Shown here in pieces: positions 1-11,427 of a DNA stretch of 64,000 nt. Made by a program: the position numbers and the translations under genes. This DNA is from an uncultured delta proteobacterium. GTDB lineage: Bacteria; Desulfobacterota; Desulfobacteria; Desulfobacterales; QNYZ01. The notes under the pieces are model-generated. The model was not told the origin of the DNA. It made no database searches and worked only from the letters and a program-made list of their open reading frames with translations. How positions within the stretch are numbered: the first letter of the stretch is position 1; each line of letters begins with the position of its first letter. Where the stretch lies: NCBI GenBank assembly GCA_963845145.1, contig CAWJQU010000004.1, forward strand, positions 1 to 64,000. Reading direction: 5' to 3'.

Positions 1-595
1 ATCCAGTTTCATCACCCCAATGGATCTCGGCATTCTCTTTGTGGGCCCTTGTTTTTATCTTCGGATAGTCTTCATCCAACTAGGCTTTAACCGCTTTGGG
101 ATTCTGTTTGTAGGCCTTACGCAAAGGCTTTTAAGGTGTAAATCCCCATCTCATCAAATACTCGCCAACGGTTCGAATCGGCATATCAATCGCCCACAGA
201 TGTTTGATCAACTGTTGGACAGCGACTCGAGTCCACAGCATAAAAGGCAACTTCATCTGATCCCGGCATTTATCGTGCATGCTTTTTTGTATTATTTTTT
301 CCTGCTCCGGACTCAGTGTTCGGCAGCTACCTTTCGGGCGGCCTCGTTTTTTGATCTTAAGGGCTTTTTTACCCTCTTTTTTGTAAAGCGTCCACGAGGT
401 GCTGCACAAAGAGCGGCTGATACCCGTGATGGCGCTGATCTCACTGTGTTTACGTCCCTGTTTTCGAAGCCGAATGACCTGATATCGAATCTGCTGTTGT
501 GCATCCGTACTGAGTTCTCGTGCGTCTATTTTTTCCATGCACAACTGGTAGCATAGAAGTGATCGGGAGTCAAGTATTCAGTTGCCGGGTTAATA
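1..595 (-). mobile_element. IS630-family element (partial, runs off window), transposase inactivated
   Basis: ORF 131..544 has the HTH region and ends LWT...WGFTP. The frame continues (Q)KPLRKAYKQNPKAVKA(W)LDEDYP...IHWGDETG through two in-frame stops. The left end TATTAACCCGGCAACTGAATA begins at a TA (594-595). Confidence 0.85.
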
Positions 596-1405
596 CGTAG
601 CAGCGGCAGCTGATGTTTCTCATAAAATGGCAGAACCTTGTCATTGAGCAGATCGGCAGCTGTGATCGGCGTCTTGGTGGTGTAGAGCTTGGCAAAGCCT
701 ACCTTGGCATAGGTATCGATAAAGGTCTGCTGGTATATACGGCCTACGCCCTTTAAGGTGCCGCACATAAAAGGTATCCTGGGATCCCAGATAGCCAGGA
801 TGAGCCGTTTCGATCTCGCCGGCAGCCACATCATCCTGTTTTTTCCGTTCCAGGGCTTGCACTTGGCTTTCGGTCAGGATCAAACTTTCCTTGGCCATCT
901 TTGTCTTCAAGGGCCTTCAGGCGGTCCTTAAAGCACGAGATGATGACGTAGCCAAACACAGCGAACACCGCTGGGAGATATGAAAACCCCATGCTTACGC
1001 AGTTCGTTGCTGGCCCTGACTTGGCCATGGGCAGGCTGCTCGATGGCATACTCCACAACAGCAGCCTCGGTCTGCTCATCCACTCGATTCTTGAGGTTGG
1101 GATTGCGTCGGCTCTATCAAGCAGGGCATCGACACCGCCTTCTTCGACGGCTCTTTGATAGCGGTAAAAGGTGTCCCGGGAAAGCCCATGATCTGGCAGG
1201 CTTTGGATACATTGCCGAGCTCTTCGGCCAGATTCAACAATCCGATCTTGTGTTTAATGACTCTTTCGTTACCATGCAGCATGAGGGTTACCTCCTATGG
1301 TTTTGAGTTTTGGTTTCGCACCTTCATCAAAACCGGTAACCCTCACTTTTTCAAGTGCGGTGTCAGATTTCAAGTGCGGTGTCAGATTAAATCGAAACTA
1401 TTCCA
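596..1405 (-). mobile_element. IS481-family element, frameshifted transposase, interrupted by IS630
   Basis: Fragments IKHKIGLLNLAEELGNVSKACQIMG, GEIETAHPGYLGSQDTFYV and GVGRIYQQTFIDTYAK...TAADLLNDKVLPFY lie in different frames. End sequence TGGAATAGTTTCGATTTAATCTGACA near 1405. Confidence 0.85.
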
Positions 1406-1419
1406 ATTACTACTCCGAT

Positions 1420-3801
1420 TTAAACCCAACGGAAGGTAGAAACTAAATTTCGGTCCGTAACCGGAGGTTGAATTCTTCTCTTCCTCCAAATATTATTGCA
1501 ACTCAAATTTCATCCCATCAACATATACGGCCTCTTCCCCTTTATTTTTAACGACATTAACCCTGACGGGCCCATTGAATGAGTATGTCCCGAGAGGATT
1601 CCACTGAGCGGCGTTTTCCCTTTGGTTGACGCTGACGGTGTCCAAGTAGCGTGTCCCCATCGAAAATTTCAACTTTTACATCGCTGTTTGTTCCTTTTGC
1701 AATCCACCTGAATGATACTTGATATTCACCATAGAGTTGATTTGAAAATGTATAGGTTCCCTCACTTCGTCTTGGGCAATAGTGAGAGCGGCTACCAAAA
1801 GATGGGTATCTCGTTTGTTTCCATCTTCCTGTATAATAAGTGTTTGGATCGCCATTGTCCATAATTATTTCGGTAGGGGCGGGTGGGGTTGTATCTGTAT
1901 CAAGTACCGCCACCTGGATTTCATCCGACCAGGTCGATTGGCCTTCGGTATAGCTGAATAAAAGGCCCACCGAGCCATCGGCAGCTACTTCATACGTATT
2001 TAAATCGCCTTGGTCGGTGATTTCGGCCAGGGAAGCGCCAGTGGTTATAGAGCAGCTGTCCGGTGTGATAATGTGGTTTGTGCCATCTGAATAGTAGGCC
2101 CGTAGGGCGTAGTTGGTGCTGGTTTTTTCATCGACACTCTCGGGGCCTTCTATGGCCACACTGTTAAGAGAGGCTGCCGGGTTATTCTCAATGGGTTTAA
2201 ACCAAACGGCATCTGCACAAGTGCTAGTATCAGTGCCATCGGCAGCAGCTGTGATTGTAACACTTCCATTTGAATCAAAATAGTATTCCCCAAGGCTGTT
2301 CCACTGGCCTGTATTTTGTTGTTGGTTAATATTTACAGTTTCAGATACCGTCCCCGTGGTTAATATCAACGGCGATGTTTGTGGCTCTGCTGGAATGCTC
2401 TGACCACCACATAAGGACTTCATAGTTGCCGGATGGTTGCGAATCAAGGCTCCAAGTGTATGTGGCCCCATTTTTTCCATATAAACTGCCGCCATCGTAT
2501 GGTGACTAGGCCGCCTGACTGATACCAATTCCCTGTATATGAAGTTCCAGGATCCCCATTGTCAATAATGATACCGTCTGGCGTAATCGGGGTCGTGTCT
2601 GTATCCAGTACAGTCACCTGGATTTCATCCGACCAGGTCGATTGGCCTTCGGTATAGCTGGCTGAAATGCCAACCAATCCATCAGCAGCCACCTCGTGGG
2701 TATTTAAAATACCCTCATAGGTGATGGTCGGCTAAAGATATACCTGTGATAATCGTATAGCTATCCGGTGTGACAATTTGGCTGGATCCATCCGAATAAT
2801 AGGCTCGACAAACATAGTTTGCGGTCGAATTCTCATCGACGCTGCTGGGCCCTTCGATGGTAATGCTGGTAAGGGTGGCAACTGTGGTTGTGTCTATGAT
2901 CGAAATATTAAATTCATTTGATATTGATTGATATGTTCCTGTAACGATGCACTGGGTATTCGCGCTCACTTCGCCCGCGTTCAATACACCATTTAGAGAT
3001 ATACTTGTTTGGGGGCAATCCACAGTCCAATTGTCAGCGGCTACTTGAGCCGTACTGCCATCGGTGTAATGGGCGGTACAGGTATAGGTGGCGCTGGTAT
3101 TTTCATCAACATTTGCAGGGCCGTTTATGACAATATGGGAAAGCGTGGGACTCCCTCCGCTACCGGTATCCTCGATAGTGATATCTTTTTGGGCAGATCG
3201 TATAATTCCGCCTGATGAATAGGTGGCGGTAACGGTTCCTTGCGAGTCGGCGGTTACATCGCCCGCTGTCAAGAGACCATTATCGGAAATTTGAGCGTCC
3301 TGGCAAGTCTCATCCCAGCTTGTTGCAGTGACCTCACTATTGGTGTTGTTGGTAAAGTATGCCCGCAATGTTAATTGGGCGGAAGAGCTTTCAGGAATAT
3401 TCTGGGGGCCTTCGATAACAACATAATCGAGATCGACAGGCTGCTTGTACCGTATGGGTTACCTCAGCCGAATAGCGACTTTCGTTCCCGTTAAATGCCG
3501 TCAGTGCAAATCGATAGGTCACGCCGGCACTAAGCCCCGTTAAATTGATATATGGATTGTTGGCATCAGGCAAGTTGGCCGTTTGAATGACGATGGGTGA
3601 GTCACCTTGATCCAGACCGGTCCCATCATACGGTGGGCCAAAAGGACCGGTTTTGTAATAGAGTCTATATTCAGTTACTTGTTCGGCCGGGTCATTGGCG
3701 TCCCAGGCCACGGTAATGCCGTTCGTCTGGGCCGACACGTTGGCGGCTGAGATGGTAAATATAAATAACATTATAGAAATATTACGGATCAGATGGTTCA
3801 T
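1420..3801 (-). pseudogene. Large secreted protein (signal peptide, Fn3-like, several Ig-like repeats, two golvesin/xanthan-lyase CBM-like modules), frameshifted or mis-assembled
   Basis: Collinear fragments 3391..3801, 2715..3368, 2444..2692 and 1557..2528. VAWDAN...YRFALTAFN Fn3 motif; repeated IEGPxxVDE...Y Ig units; IIIDNGDPG...W modules. 3' end approximate. Confidence 0.7.
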
Positions 3802-4031
3802 AAATGCTCTCCTTAATTCAACCTTTAAATTCCAATCATACTAACTGTGAAAAAATTTGCATATAATAAGTAAAACTTTTCACATATGAGCATATTTTTT
3901 CATATGCGATGATATTGGCCTATTTAAAAATTGTATTTTTCTCTTTATATTCATAGAGTGCAAGTCACGGTGTTATGTAAATTACAAAAACAATGACCCT
4001 AAAATGGGTCCGACACTGGTTTGAGTAATAA

Positions 4032-4047
4032 AGCAAATAAAGCGCCA
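4032..4047 (-). promoter_or_regulatory. sigma54 (-24/-12) promoter
   Basis: TGGCGC-TTTAT-TTGCT on the minus strand, ~230 bp upstream of the 3801 start. Confidence 0.7.
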
Positions 4048-4551
4048 AAAAACGTTATTGGAATAGAAAAAGTAAACTAAGAAATGATGTGTTTTTCGTG
4101 TTTATCGGGAAAACATACTATATAGTGTGGTGAAAATTGTTTAACAACAATATAAAGTATGAAAAAAAATACCATATTTAGGAAAAAAAATATTCAGAAT
4201 GCGCAATGATCGAAAAAAATACATTGAATATGGTAATCTGGGGGTCGTTTTTGCTCAATATCGTAACTTCCGTTACAAAAATGCCGTTTAATTACAATTG
4301 TTGTGATTGAATTACGATTCTATGATATTAAAAGCCACCGACCACTACTTAACTTTTAATTAGCCACGGACCCACACGGACAGACGCAGACAGAGAGCGG
4401 AACGATATATTAAAAATAGCCACAGACAGGTTTGCGGTTAATCCCAGAGATCAATGTGGAAAATTATAACTCATAGATCAAAAGTCCAAATCGCGCCATG
4501 TAAGAAAGGTGGAACCAATCCTGCCCAAAACTGATACAAAACTTTTAGTTG

Positions 4552-4868
4552 GCCACGGACCCACGCAGACAGACACGGACGGAGAAGGGGAACGATTAAA
4601 AAAATATTAACTACAGACAGGCGTAGCCCAGCGTTTCTGGAGGGGATTACTAACCGTCTGCGCAAACCTGCACCAGCCTGTCAGGGCGTAGGTATAAAGA
4701 AGCCTGAAGTTATTTGCATAGAATAGTTGGCCTGGGCGAAGATATATTCGAAGACGGGGCTGCGGCAAAAGTGTAATCAATCCTGATAATCCTGTAGATT
4801 CTGTCCAGAACTGAAAGCAAAAAATTCTGGCTAAGGCGTATTCGCTATTCCAATTGTAGCTGTAAATG
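4552..4868 (+). repeat. Composite direct repeat, copy 1 (flanks vapBC)
   Basis: Shares blocks with 5690..5923 (GCCACGGACCCAC module, AGACAGGCGTAGCCCAGCGT, AAGCCTGAAGTTATTTGC, identical terminal 40 bp). A partial copy starts at 4363. Confidence 0.85.
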
Positions 4869-5255
4869 GGCAGCGATTTTCAGAAGTTGATTGTCGGCGG
4901 AAAAAATAACAGCCCCATGTTCTTCGGCTAGTGCCAAATACAGCGCGTCATATACGGTTAAATTATATTTCCGGGCCATTTCGAAAGCGCGCAGGAGTAT
5001 GGGGCGGTGAGGAAAAAGGCGGATCGGTACGGAAAGAAGGTCAGAAAGAAGCGGGTCACTTTCATTGCTGGTAAGTTCGCCTGATTTATGTTTTTTGTTG
5101 ATCACATTGGCGACCTCCACCACCAACAACTCCGGGGCTATGGCGGTATTGAGCCCCCGTTCAACGTTCCGCAGGAATTTTTCAAAACCATCCGGTAATG
5201 GGCCATCCGGAATAAATAACCGGATTAACGCTGATGTATCCACGACACCGATCAT
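4845..5255 (-). CDS. vapC: VapC PIN-domain toxin
   Basis: VVDTSALI...APELL..EVANV...LTVYDALYLALAE...SAD PIN motifs. Confidence 0.9.
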   Translation of the reverse strand: MIGVVDTSALIRLFIPDGPLPDGFEKFLRNVERGLNTAIAPELLVVEVANVINKKHKSGELTSNESDPLLSDLLSVPIRLFPHRPILLRAFEMARKYNLTVYDALYLALAEEHGAVIFSADNQLLKIAAHLQLQLE

Positions 5256-5482
5256 CGTTCACGATCCTTCCGCACTGTTTTTACGGTGTCACTTAGATCG
5301 CGTTCATGTAGTCGTTTGCGCCATTTGGCGGCACCGGTTAGAAATGATCTGTTTGCCAGCCTAACTTCCTGCTCAAAAATTAATTTAACTTGTTCCTGAA
5401 GACTCCGGCGATTGACCCTCGCCATTGCCTGTAACCCATCATAAATATGGTCAGGCACGTTGCGGACACTGATGGCTTTCAT
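5252..5482 (-). CDS. vapB: FitA-like ribbon-helix-helix antitoxin
   Basis: MKAISVRNVPDHIY..L...A..NRRSLQ; overlaps the toxin start by 4 nt. Confidence 0.85.
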   Translation of the reverse strand: MKAISVRNVPDHIYDGLQAMARVNRRSLQEQVKLIFEQEVRLANRSFLTGAAKWRKRLHERDLSDTVKTVRKDRER

Positions 5483-5689
5483 ATTGCCTCCAATAATTAA
5501 ACATCAATATGATATCATAAATTAATGCATTAATCTAATTCATCTGCAGGAATTCGTCAAGGATGGTTTTTATATCGAGATTCCTAATTATATTCCTGCC
5601 AAAGAATGAAAAGATATCCAAGCGAATTAAGGGGCTTGTGGATGCTTACTCGTTAAAACGGCTGTCAGAAGCTTAAAACCGTTTAATTG

Positions 5690-5923
5690 GCCACAGACCC
5701 ACACAGACAGACACGGACGGAGACAGGCGTAGCCCAGCGTCAGTCTGTCAGGGCGTAGTTCTAAAAAAGCCTGAAGTTATTTGCTATGAATAGTTGGCTT
5801 AGGCGAAACTATATTCGAAGGCGGGTCTGTGAAAAAGTGGAAACAGTTGTAAATTCTGTTCAAAACTTATAGGAAAAAATTCCGGCTAAGGCGTATTCGC
5901 TATTCCAATTGTAGCTGTAAATG
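5690..5923 (+). repeat. Composite direct repeat, copy 2 (between vapBC and mazEF)
   Basis: Matches 4552..4868 and includes the last 24 nt of vapC (5900..5923). Confidence 0.85.
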
Positions 5924-5934
5924 AATTACGATTA

Positions 5935-6285
5935 TTAAGAAGGGATCGTCATGACTAACTTTAGGCCCTTATACACCTCATCCATTTTTTTCTTTGAAAG
6001 GGTTCCGATTTTTTCTTTAACGCTGGTTTTATCTACAGACTTAACCTGAGTAACATTGATTACGCATTTTTTAGGTAAATTTGCTTCGCCTTTCCGTAGA
6101 ATCACGTTGCCGGGCAGTTCCCCAAACTTCATTGTGGATGTTATCGCCAACATAATAATCGTGTTGAGTTTGCTATCGTTTAATATGTCATTTTGAATCA
6201 CAAGACCCGGCCTACGTCCGATCGGTTCCGAACCCTTTCCCTGAGAAAAATCAACCCAGTAAACGGAACCTTTACGAATTACCAT
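5935..6285 (-). CDS. mazF: MazF/PemK toxin
   Basis: KGSVYWVDF..GKGSEP..RRPGLVIQND..N motif. Confidence 0.92.
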   Translation of the reverse strand: MVIRKGSVYWVDFSQGKGSEPIGRRPGLVIQNDILNDSKLNTIIMLAITSTMKFGELPGNVILRKGEANLPKKCVINVTQVKSVDKTSVKEKIGTLSKKKMDEVYKGLKLVMTIPS

Positions 6286-6533
6286 TCCTGACCCCCCAGG
6301 CTTCCAGTTCTATCAAACCATTTGGCCGTTTGGAGTTGCTCTTTTTTAATTGAATTATCAGAAAAAACCCGGTTATATGAATCTTTAATTTGCCGTTCTT
6401 TTTCGCTTAATACTATTTCGCGAAGTACAGTCGATATATATTTGCTACGAGACAGCCCCAGTTGCTTGCTAATATCATCAATCATTATCACCAGATCAGC
6501 CGGGACGGTAATTGCCACTTTTTGTGTATTCAT
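6279..6533 (-). CDS. mazE: RHH (CopG-like) antitoxin
   Basis: KVAITVPADLV..ID......LSRS; overlaps mazF; TTGACT-16-TATACT promoter at 6598..6571. Confidence 0.8.
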   Translation of the reverse strand: MNTQKVAITVPADLVIMIDDISKQLGLSRSKYISTVLREIVLSEKERQIKDSYNRVFSDNSIKKEQLQTAKWFDRTGSLGGQEW

Positions 6534-6754
6534 TATTTATACCTCTATTCAGTATGATAATATTATGCACAGTATAAAAGGAGAATTGTAAAAGTCAAGA
6601 ATAGATATATGGAAAAATAGGGGGCCGCCGTGAAATATCGACACTCATCCACGAATTGACACCAATTTACAAACCAGATTTCCCATATTGTAAGAATTCG
6701 TGGAAACTGATGAAGTTAGTGGATCTTTTTGGTACGGATCCGTCTTCGCTCAGG

Positions 6755-8216
6755 TTTAGCAGGTATGGCGTTTATTCATCAGGCAAAAGGAGCAGCCGGA
6801 TGATATTTCCAAGTGATTTGATTGATCCGGAAGAGGGTGCATCGGGGGGTTGGACAACGGGTTTTAATCGGACCGCGTCTGCACAAGTACTGGTACCTGG
6901 ATCTGATAACGGCCCTAATTCTAACGCTTCCGGTTGAATTAAAATAATACTCTCCCAGGCTATTCCATCGGCCGCCGTTTTGTCTCTGGTTGACTCTTAC
7001 GGTTTTCTTCCACCGCGATGGTTAATTTCTACCGGGTATGTTGGTAGCTCTGACTGCTATCGGACTGACCACCACATGAGGACTTCATATTTACCGGCCG
7101 GCAGTGAACTGAATCTCCAGGTGTATGTGTCGCCTCCTCTTGCGTATAAGCTAGCTTCCATCGTAAGGGGATAGGCCGGAGGATGTCCTCCAAGTGCCTT
7201 CATGAGATGTTCCCGGATCGCCGTTGTCTATGATCAAATTGCTGTTTGGGCTAGAGGGTGGCGGGGGCGGCGGGTCAGTGTTAATGTTGTGGACAGCCAC
7301 CTGGATTTCATCCGAGTAGGGTGATTGATTTCCGGTGTAGTCGGCTCTGATAACCACGGTTCCGTCGGATCCCACTTCTTGTGTATTTAAAACACCATCG
7401 CTTGTTATTCCGGCTATCGAGGTACCTGTGGTGATCGACCAGGTAATCGGCATGATATTCAGGAATGTGCCGTCGGAAAAGGTTGCCCGGCAGACGTAGG
7501 TCGTGCTGGTATTTTCATCCACATCATTTGGGCCGATAATTTCAATTCGGTCCAGGGTCGCATCATCGGTGTCTTCGACGAGAATATTCAGTTGATCATT
7601 GTGGGTGACTCCTCCTGAAGTATAATCTGCATTTAACGTACACTGAGCATTGGCAGTTAAAACACCCACGGAAACCAATCCATCACTGGAAACACCTGCT
7701 TCCGGGCAGTTCACGCTCCAGGATGATGCATTCACTTGGCTATTGGTGTTGTTGGTGTAGTAAGCTCTGAGGTTATACTGGGTGAGGCTTCTTTCTTGAA
7801 TGTTTGCAGGACCTTCTATGTCAATACGGTCCAATTCAAGAGCGGGGGAATTGTATAGTGCTTCAGCAGAATAGCGACTCTGGGACCCATTAAAAGCCGT
7901 CAGTGCAAATCGATAAGTCTGCGCCGGGACTAAAACCACTTAAAACAGCCCTCGGGTTACTTGCGTCAGCCAAATCGCCCACTCGAATAATATCGGTGAA
8001 TTGCTTGGTGAGCTCGCGTCACCGAGATTGCCCGGTTCCATCATACGGTGGACCAAAAGCACCGATTTTGTAATAGATTCTATATTCAGTTACTTCCTCG
8101 GCCGGGTCATTGGCATCCCAGGCCACGGTAATCCCAGGGGTCTGAGCCGATACTGCGACGACTGAGATGGTTAATGTAAATAAAATGATGAAAATATTTC
8201 GAATCAGGTTACCCAT
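6755..8216 (-). pseudogene. Second paralogous secreted Fn3/Ig/CBM-like protein, frameshifted or mis-assembled
   Basis: N-terminus (8019..8216) nearly identical to the 3801 gene (ITVAWDANDPAE.VTEYR.YYK.G.FGPPYDGTG). 7151..7939 has Ig repeats and IIDNGDPG. 3' end approximate. Confidence 0.7.
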
Positions 8217-8435
8217 GAATGTTATTTTTAATACAATCCGGTTTTTTAAAACTATGTAATTTATTTCACATTTTCAGTATATTCGCTCCACATATATGAA
8301 CAGAACTATTCATATGTGGTGGAATTTGTCAATGGGAACGTGTTTATCTAAATCAATTTATGATCATTCTATACGGTTATGGAAATTGTGAAAATAATTG
8401 CCTCTCCATTTGTTACCTTAATTGTATATTATGCA

Positions 8436-8451
8436 GGCAAGTAAGGTACCA
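8436..8451 (-). promoter_or_regulatory. sigma54 (-24/-12) promoter
   Basis: TGGTAC-CTTAC-TTGCC on the minus strand, ~220 bp upstream of the 8216 start, same position as in the paralog. Confidence 0.65.
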
Positions 8452-8740
8452 ACATACACAATCGATAGGTCTTAATTGGATGCATTGGACAAACTTCAAG
8501 GTAATTATTGAGAAAAACACCATGTGTGTCGTTTTTCGAAAATTGGCCTACTATATGTTGTGCGTAAAACTTTACAATAATAAAGTATTTGTACCTCTCA
8601 AGGTGAACTGTGGTTCAAGATTTTGTCTAAATTGCGTTCTGTTTTTGTAACAATACGTCCATTTTTGTAACTTATGGGTGGTCTTTGTAATTTGTATTAC
8701 AGTTCCATCATTGGATTATTAATGCAAAAGCATTTGATTG

Positions 8741-9091
8741 GCCACAGACCCACACGGACGAACACAGACGAATTTAAAAAAGCCATTATTTCACCGCCGA
8801 GATCGCGGAGACCGCTGAGGGTTAAAAAAATACAAAACAAATCATTTCTTTGCGTCTTTGCGTCTCTGCGGGAGACAATCTTTTTCCATAATCCCCGAAG
8901 GGCTAACCATTTTTTCCCGCCAAGACGCCAAGGCGCAGAGGGTTAAATCAGGTATTTTAAACCATAATCGCATCACCGCGAGCTCTGCGTTCTCCGCGGT
9001 TATTGTTTTTTATGCTTTCAAGCTTTAAAGCCTCATAGCTTTCATTTTTTGCCACAGACCCACACAGACTCACGCTGACAAAATTACAATA
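8741..9091 (+). repeat. ~350 bp modular palindromic repeat, left of dinJ-yafQ
   Basis: Near-identical to 9855..10198. Confidence 0.92.
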
Positions 9092-9177
9092 AAAACAAAG
9101 CGTACGAATAGTCCTTTTTTCAAATAATTGATTTGCAACAATGAGAGCCTCATTTGCTTCGGTTATCCAAAATAAGT

Positions 9178-9206
9178 TTGACTTTGTATCCCATTTGGGA
9201 TATATT
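9178..9206 (+). promoter_or_regulatory. sigma70 promoter with autorepression palindrome
   Basis: TTGACT-17-TATATT; perfect palindrome TATCCCA-TT-TGGGATA at 9187..9202. Confidence 0.75.
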
Positions 9207-9237
9207 TTGATAAAAGAACAAATAATACTTACTTAAG

Positions 9238-9489
9238 ATGGTGATAATGCATATGAAAACACAAACAACCATAAGGGTAGATCAAGAGAACTATTTGAAT
9301 GCCAAAGCAATTTTAAAATTTCTGGGTTTAAGCTATTCACAGGCCATCAATGTTTTCAACAATATGATTGTTTGTCACAAAGGGCTTCCATTTGAAATTA
9401 AAATTCCGAATGATGAAACTTTGCTGGCGATATCAGAAGCCGAACAGCTGAATGGAGATTTCGTATCCATTGATGATTTTGTGAAATAG
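9238..9489 (+). CDS. dinJ: RelB/DinJ antitoxin
   Basis: TTIRVD.....A..IL..LGLS.SQAI.......GLPFEI..PN.ET motif; true start may be a downstream ATG. Confidence 0.9.
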   Translation: MVIMHMKTQTTIRVDQENYLNAKAILKFLGLSYSQAINVFNNMIVCHKGLPFEIKIPNDETLLAISEAEQLNGDFVSIDDFVK

Positions 9490-9494
9490 CCTTT

Positions 9495-9761
9495 ATGAAA
9501 TTGTTCCGGACCAAAGTTTTTAAAAAGGATTATCAGAAACTTAAAATGACTGACAGTCAGTATACGAAGTATATTGAATTTTTGTCCATATTGTTAAATG
9601 GGAAAGAGTTACCACTCGATGCACGGGACCATAATCTGATTGGAAATTATACTGGTTTTAAAGAGTTTCATGTCGGTGGTGATTTGATAGTTATTTATTG
9701 TATCGCAGATGATATTCTTCGGTTAACGAGAATAGGTACCCATTCCCAACTTTTTAGATAA
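9495..9761 (+). CDS. yafQ: YafQ mRNA interferase toxin
   Basis: FKKDY...RDHNL.G...EFH..GDL..IY...RIGTHSQLF. Confidence 0.92.
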   Translation: MKLFRTKVFKKDYQKLKMTDSQYTKYIEFLSILLNGKELPLDARDHNLIGNYTGFKEFHVGGDLIVIYCIADDILRLTRIGTHSQLFR

Positions 9762-9854
9762 TGCCCCTCTGTAAATGGCATCTTTTGGCCCAGCTTGCAG
9801 ATATTGTCACAATATTTTTTCGTGTTTTTGATTTGGTGGCCTATAATTTAATCT

Positions 9855-10198
9855 GCCACGGACCCACACGGACGAACACAGACGTATTTAAAAAAGCCAT
9901 TCTTTCACCGCCGAGATCGCGGAGACCGCAGAGGGTAAAAAATACAAAACGAATCTTTTCTTTGCGTCTTAGCGTCTCTGCGGGAGAGAGTTTTTCCTTA
10001 ATCCCCGAAGGGCTAACCATTATTTCCCGCCAAGACGCCAAGGCGCAGAGGGTTAATCAGGTATTTCCCATTATCGCATCACCGCGAGCTCTGCGTTCTC
10101 CGCGGTTATTGTTTTTTATGCTTTCAAGCTTTACAGCCTCATAGCTTTCATTTTTTTGCCACAGACCCACACAGACTCACACTGACAAAAATACAATA
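9855..10198 (+). repeat. ~345 bp modular palindromic repeat, right of dinJ-yafQ
   Basis: Direct copy of 8741..9091. Confidence 0.92.
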
Positions 10199-10236
10199 TT
10201 AAATGACGTTATCAAATTAATGTGAGACGAAAAACA

Positions 10237-11396
10237 CTATCCGAGCAGGTTCAGGGCCGTGCGGCCATATATTTCAACCCCTGTGGCGAGAACTTTTTCG
10301 TTAAAATCGAACCGGGCATTGTGAATCGGGGCGCCGCCCTCATGGCCGGTGCCCAGGCAGAAAAAGCAGCCTTTGGACCGTTCGAGATAATAGGCCATAT
10401 CCTCACCGCCCATTGATGGGTCTGGCGTGACGACGTTGTTTTCTCCCAGTGTCGCACGTGCGCATTGTCTTACTGTGTCAGACATGGCAGGATCGTTAAC
10501 GACCGGGGGAAAGCCTTTTTCAAAGGTAAATTCGTATTGGGCGTTCATGGCTGTGCAAATTCCGCTGATTATTTTCTCGAGCCGCTGGGGCCAGGAATCC
10601 CAGATGTCGCGATCGAAGGTGCGGGTGGTGCCCAACATCGTGGCGGTATCGGGGATGATGTTAAAGGCCGTGCCGGCATGAAAGCTGCCAACGGTTACGA
10701 CCGTAGGCTTGAGCGGGTTTATTTGCCGACTGGAAATCCGCTGCAGGGCACCAACCACCTGGCAGCCGATTTCCAGGGCGTCAATACATTGGTGGGGCAT
10801 GGCGCCGTGACCGCCTTTGCCGATAATGGTTAATTCAAATTGATCCATGGCCGCCATCATGACGCCATCGCGCACGCCCACTTGCCCTTCGGGAATATCG
10901 GGCCATACATGACAGCCAATGGCATAATCAACTTTGGGGTCATCCATCACGCCTGCCGCGATCATGGGTAAGGCCCCGCCCGGGCCTTCTTCAGCCGGCT
11001 GGAAAATGAATCGGATGGTGCCGGACAATTGATCGGAAAAATCGCAGATCAGCTGTGCCGCCCCTAAAACCATCGCCATGTGCGCATCGTGGCCACAGGC
11101 ATGCATGACCCCCTCGTGGGTGGAGGCAAAGGGCAGATCTGTTTTTTCGGAAATGGGTAATGCATCCATATCGGCCCGGATCAGGAGGTTGGCTCCGGGG
11201 CGGCCGGTGTCGAGAAACCCCATCACGCCATGTCCGGCAATACCCGTCTGTACATCCAAGGGCATCTTCTGGAGACATTCGGCCACATAGGTGGCTGTTT
11301 TTTTTCTGTGAGGGCCACTTCCGGGATGCGGTGAAGTGTTCTGCGGTGATTAATGATCTCCGGCAGATGTCCCTTAACGGTTTTTTTTATATCCAT
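10237..11396 (-). CDS. M20D amidohydrolase (one frameshift in an A8 run near 11300)
   Basis: RADMDALP, MHACGHDAH, FQPAEEG, GEDM, HN motifs. The upstream frame MDIKKTVK...HRRTLHRIPE joins if one A is added. Confidence 0.9.
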
Positions 11397-11427
11397 TTTC
11401 AATATCCGTTTTACAAGTGTTATATTT

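Noticed and set aside
1..133. Stop-codon readthrough or recoding in the IS630 transposase
   Set aside because: Two different stops (TAA, TAG), each one base from the expected codon; other genes use standard stops.
8674..10144. ORFs 8674..8946, 9761..10144, 9841..10041 (also 11417.., 13497.., 13635..)
   Set aside because: Translations of the non-coding repeat modules; their similarity to each other reflects the repeat.
4363..10198. Integron cassette array (attC)
   Set aside because: No integrase in the window and no RYYYAAC...GTTRRRY box pairs recognised at cassette ends.
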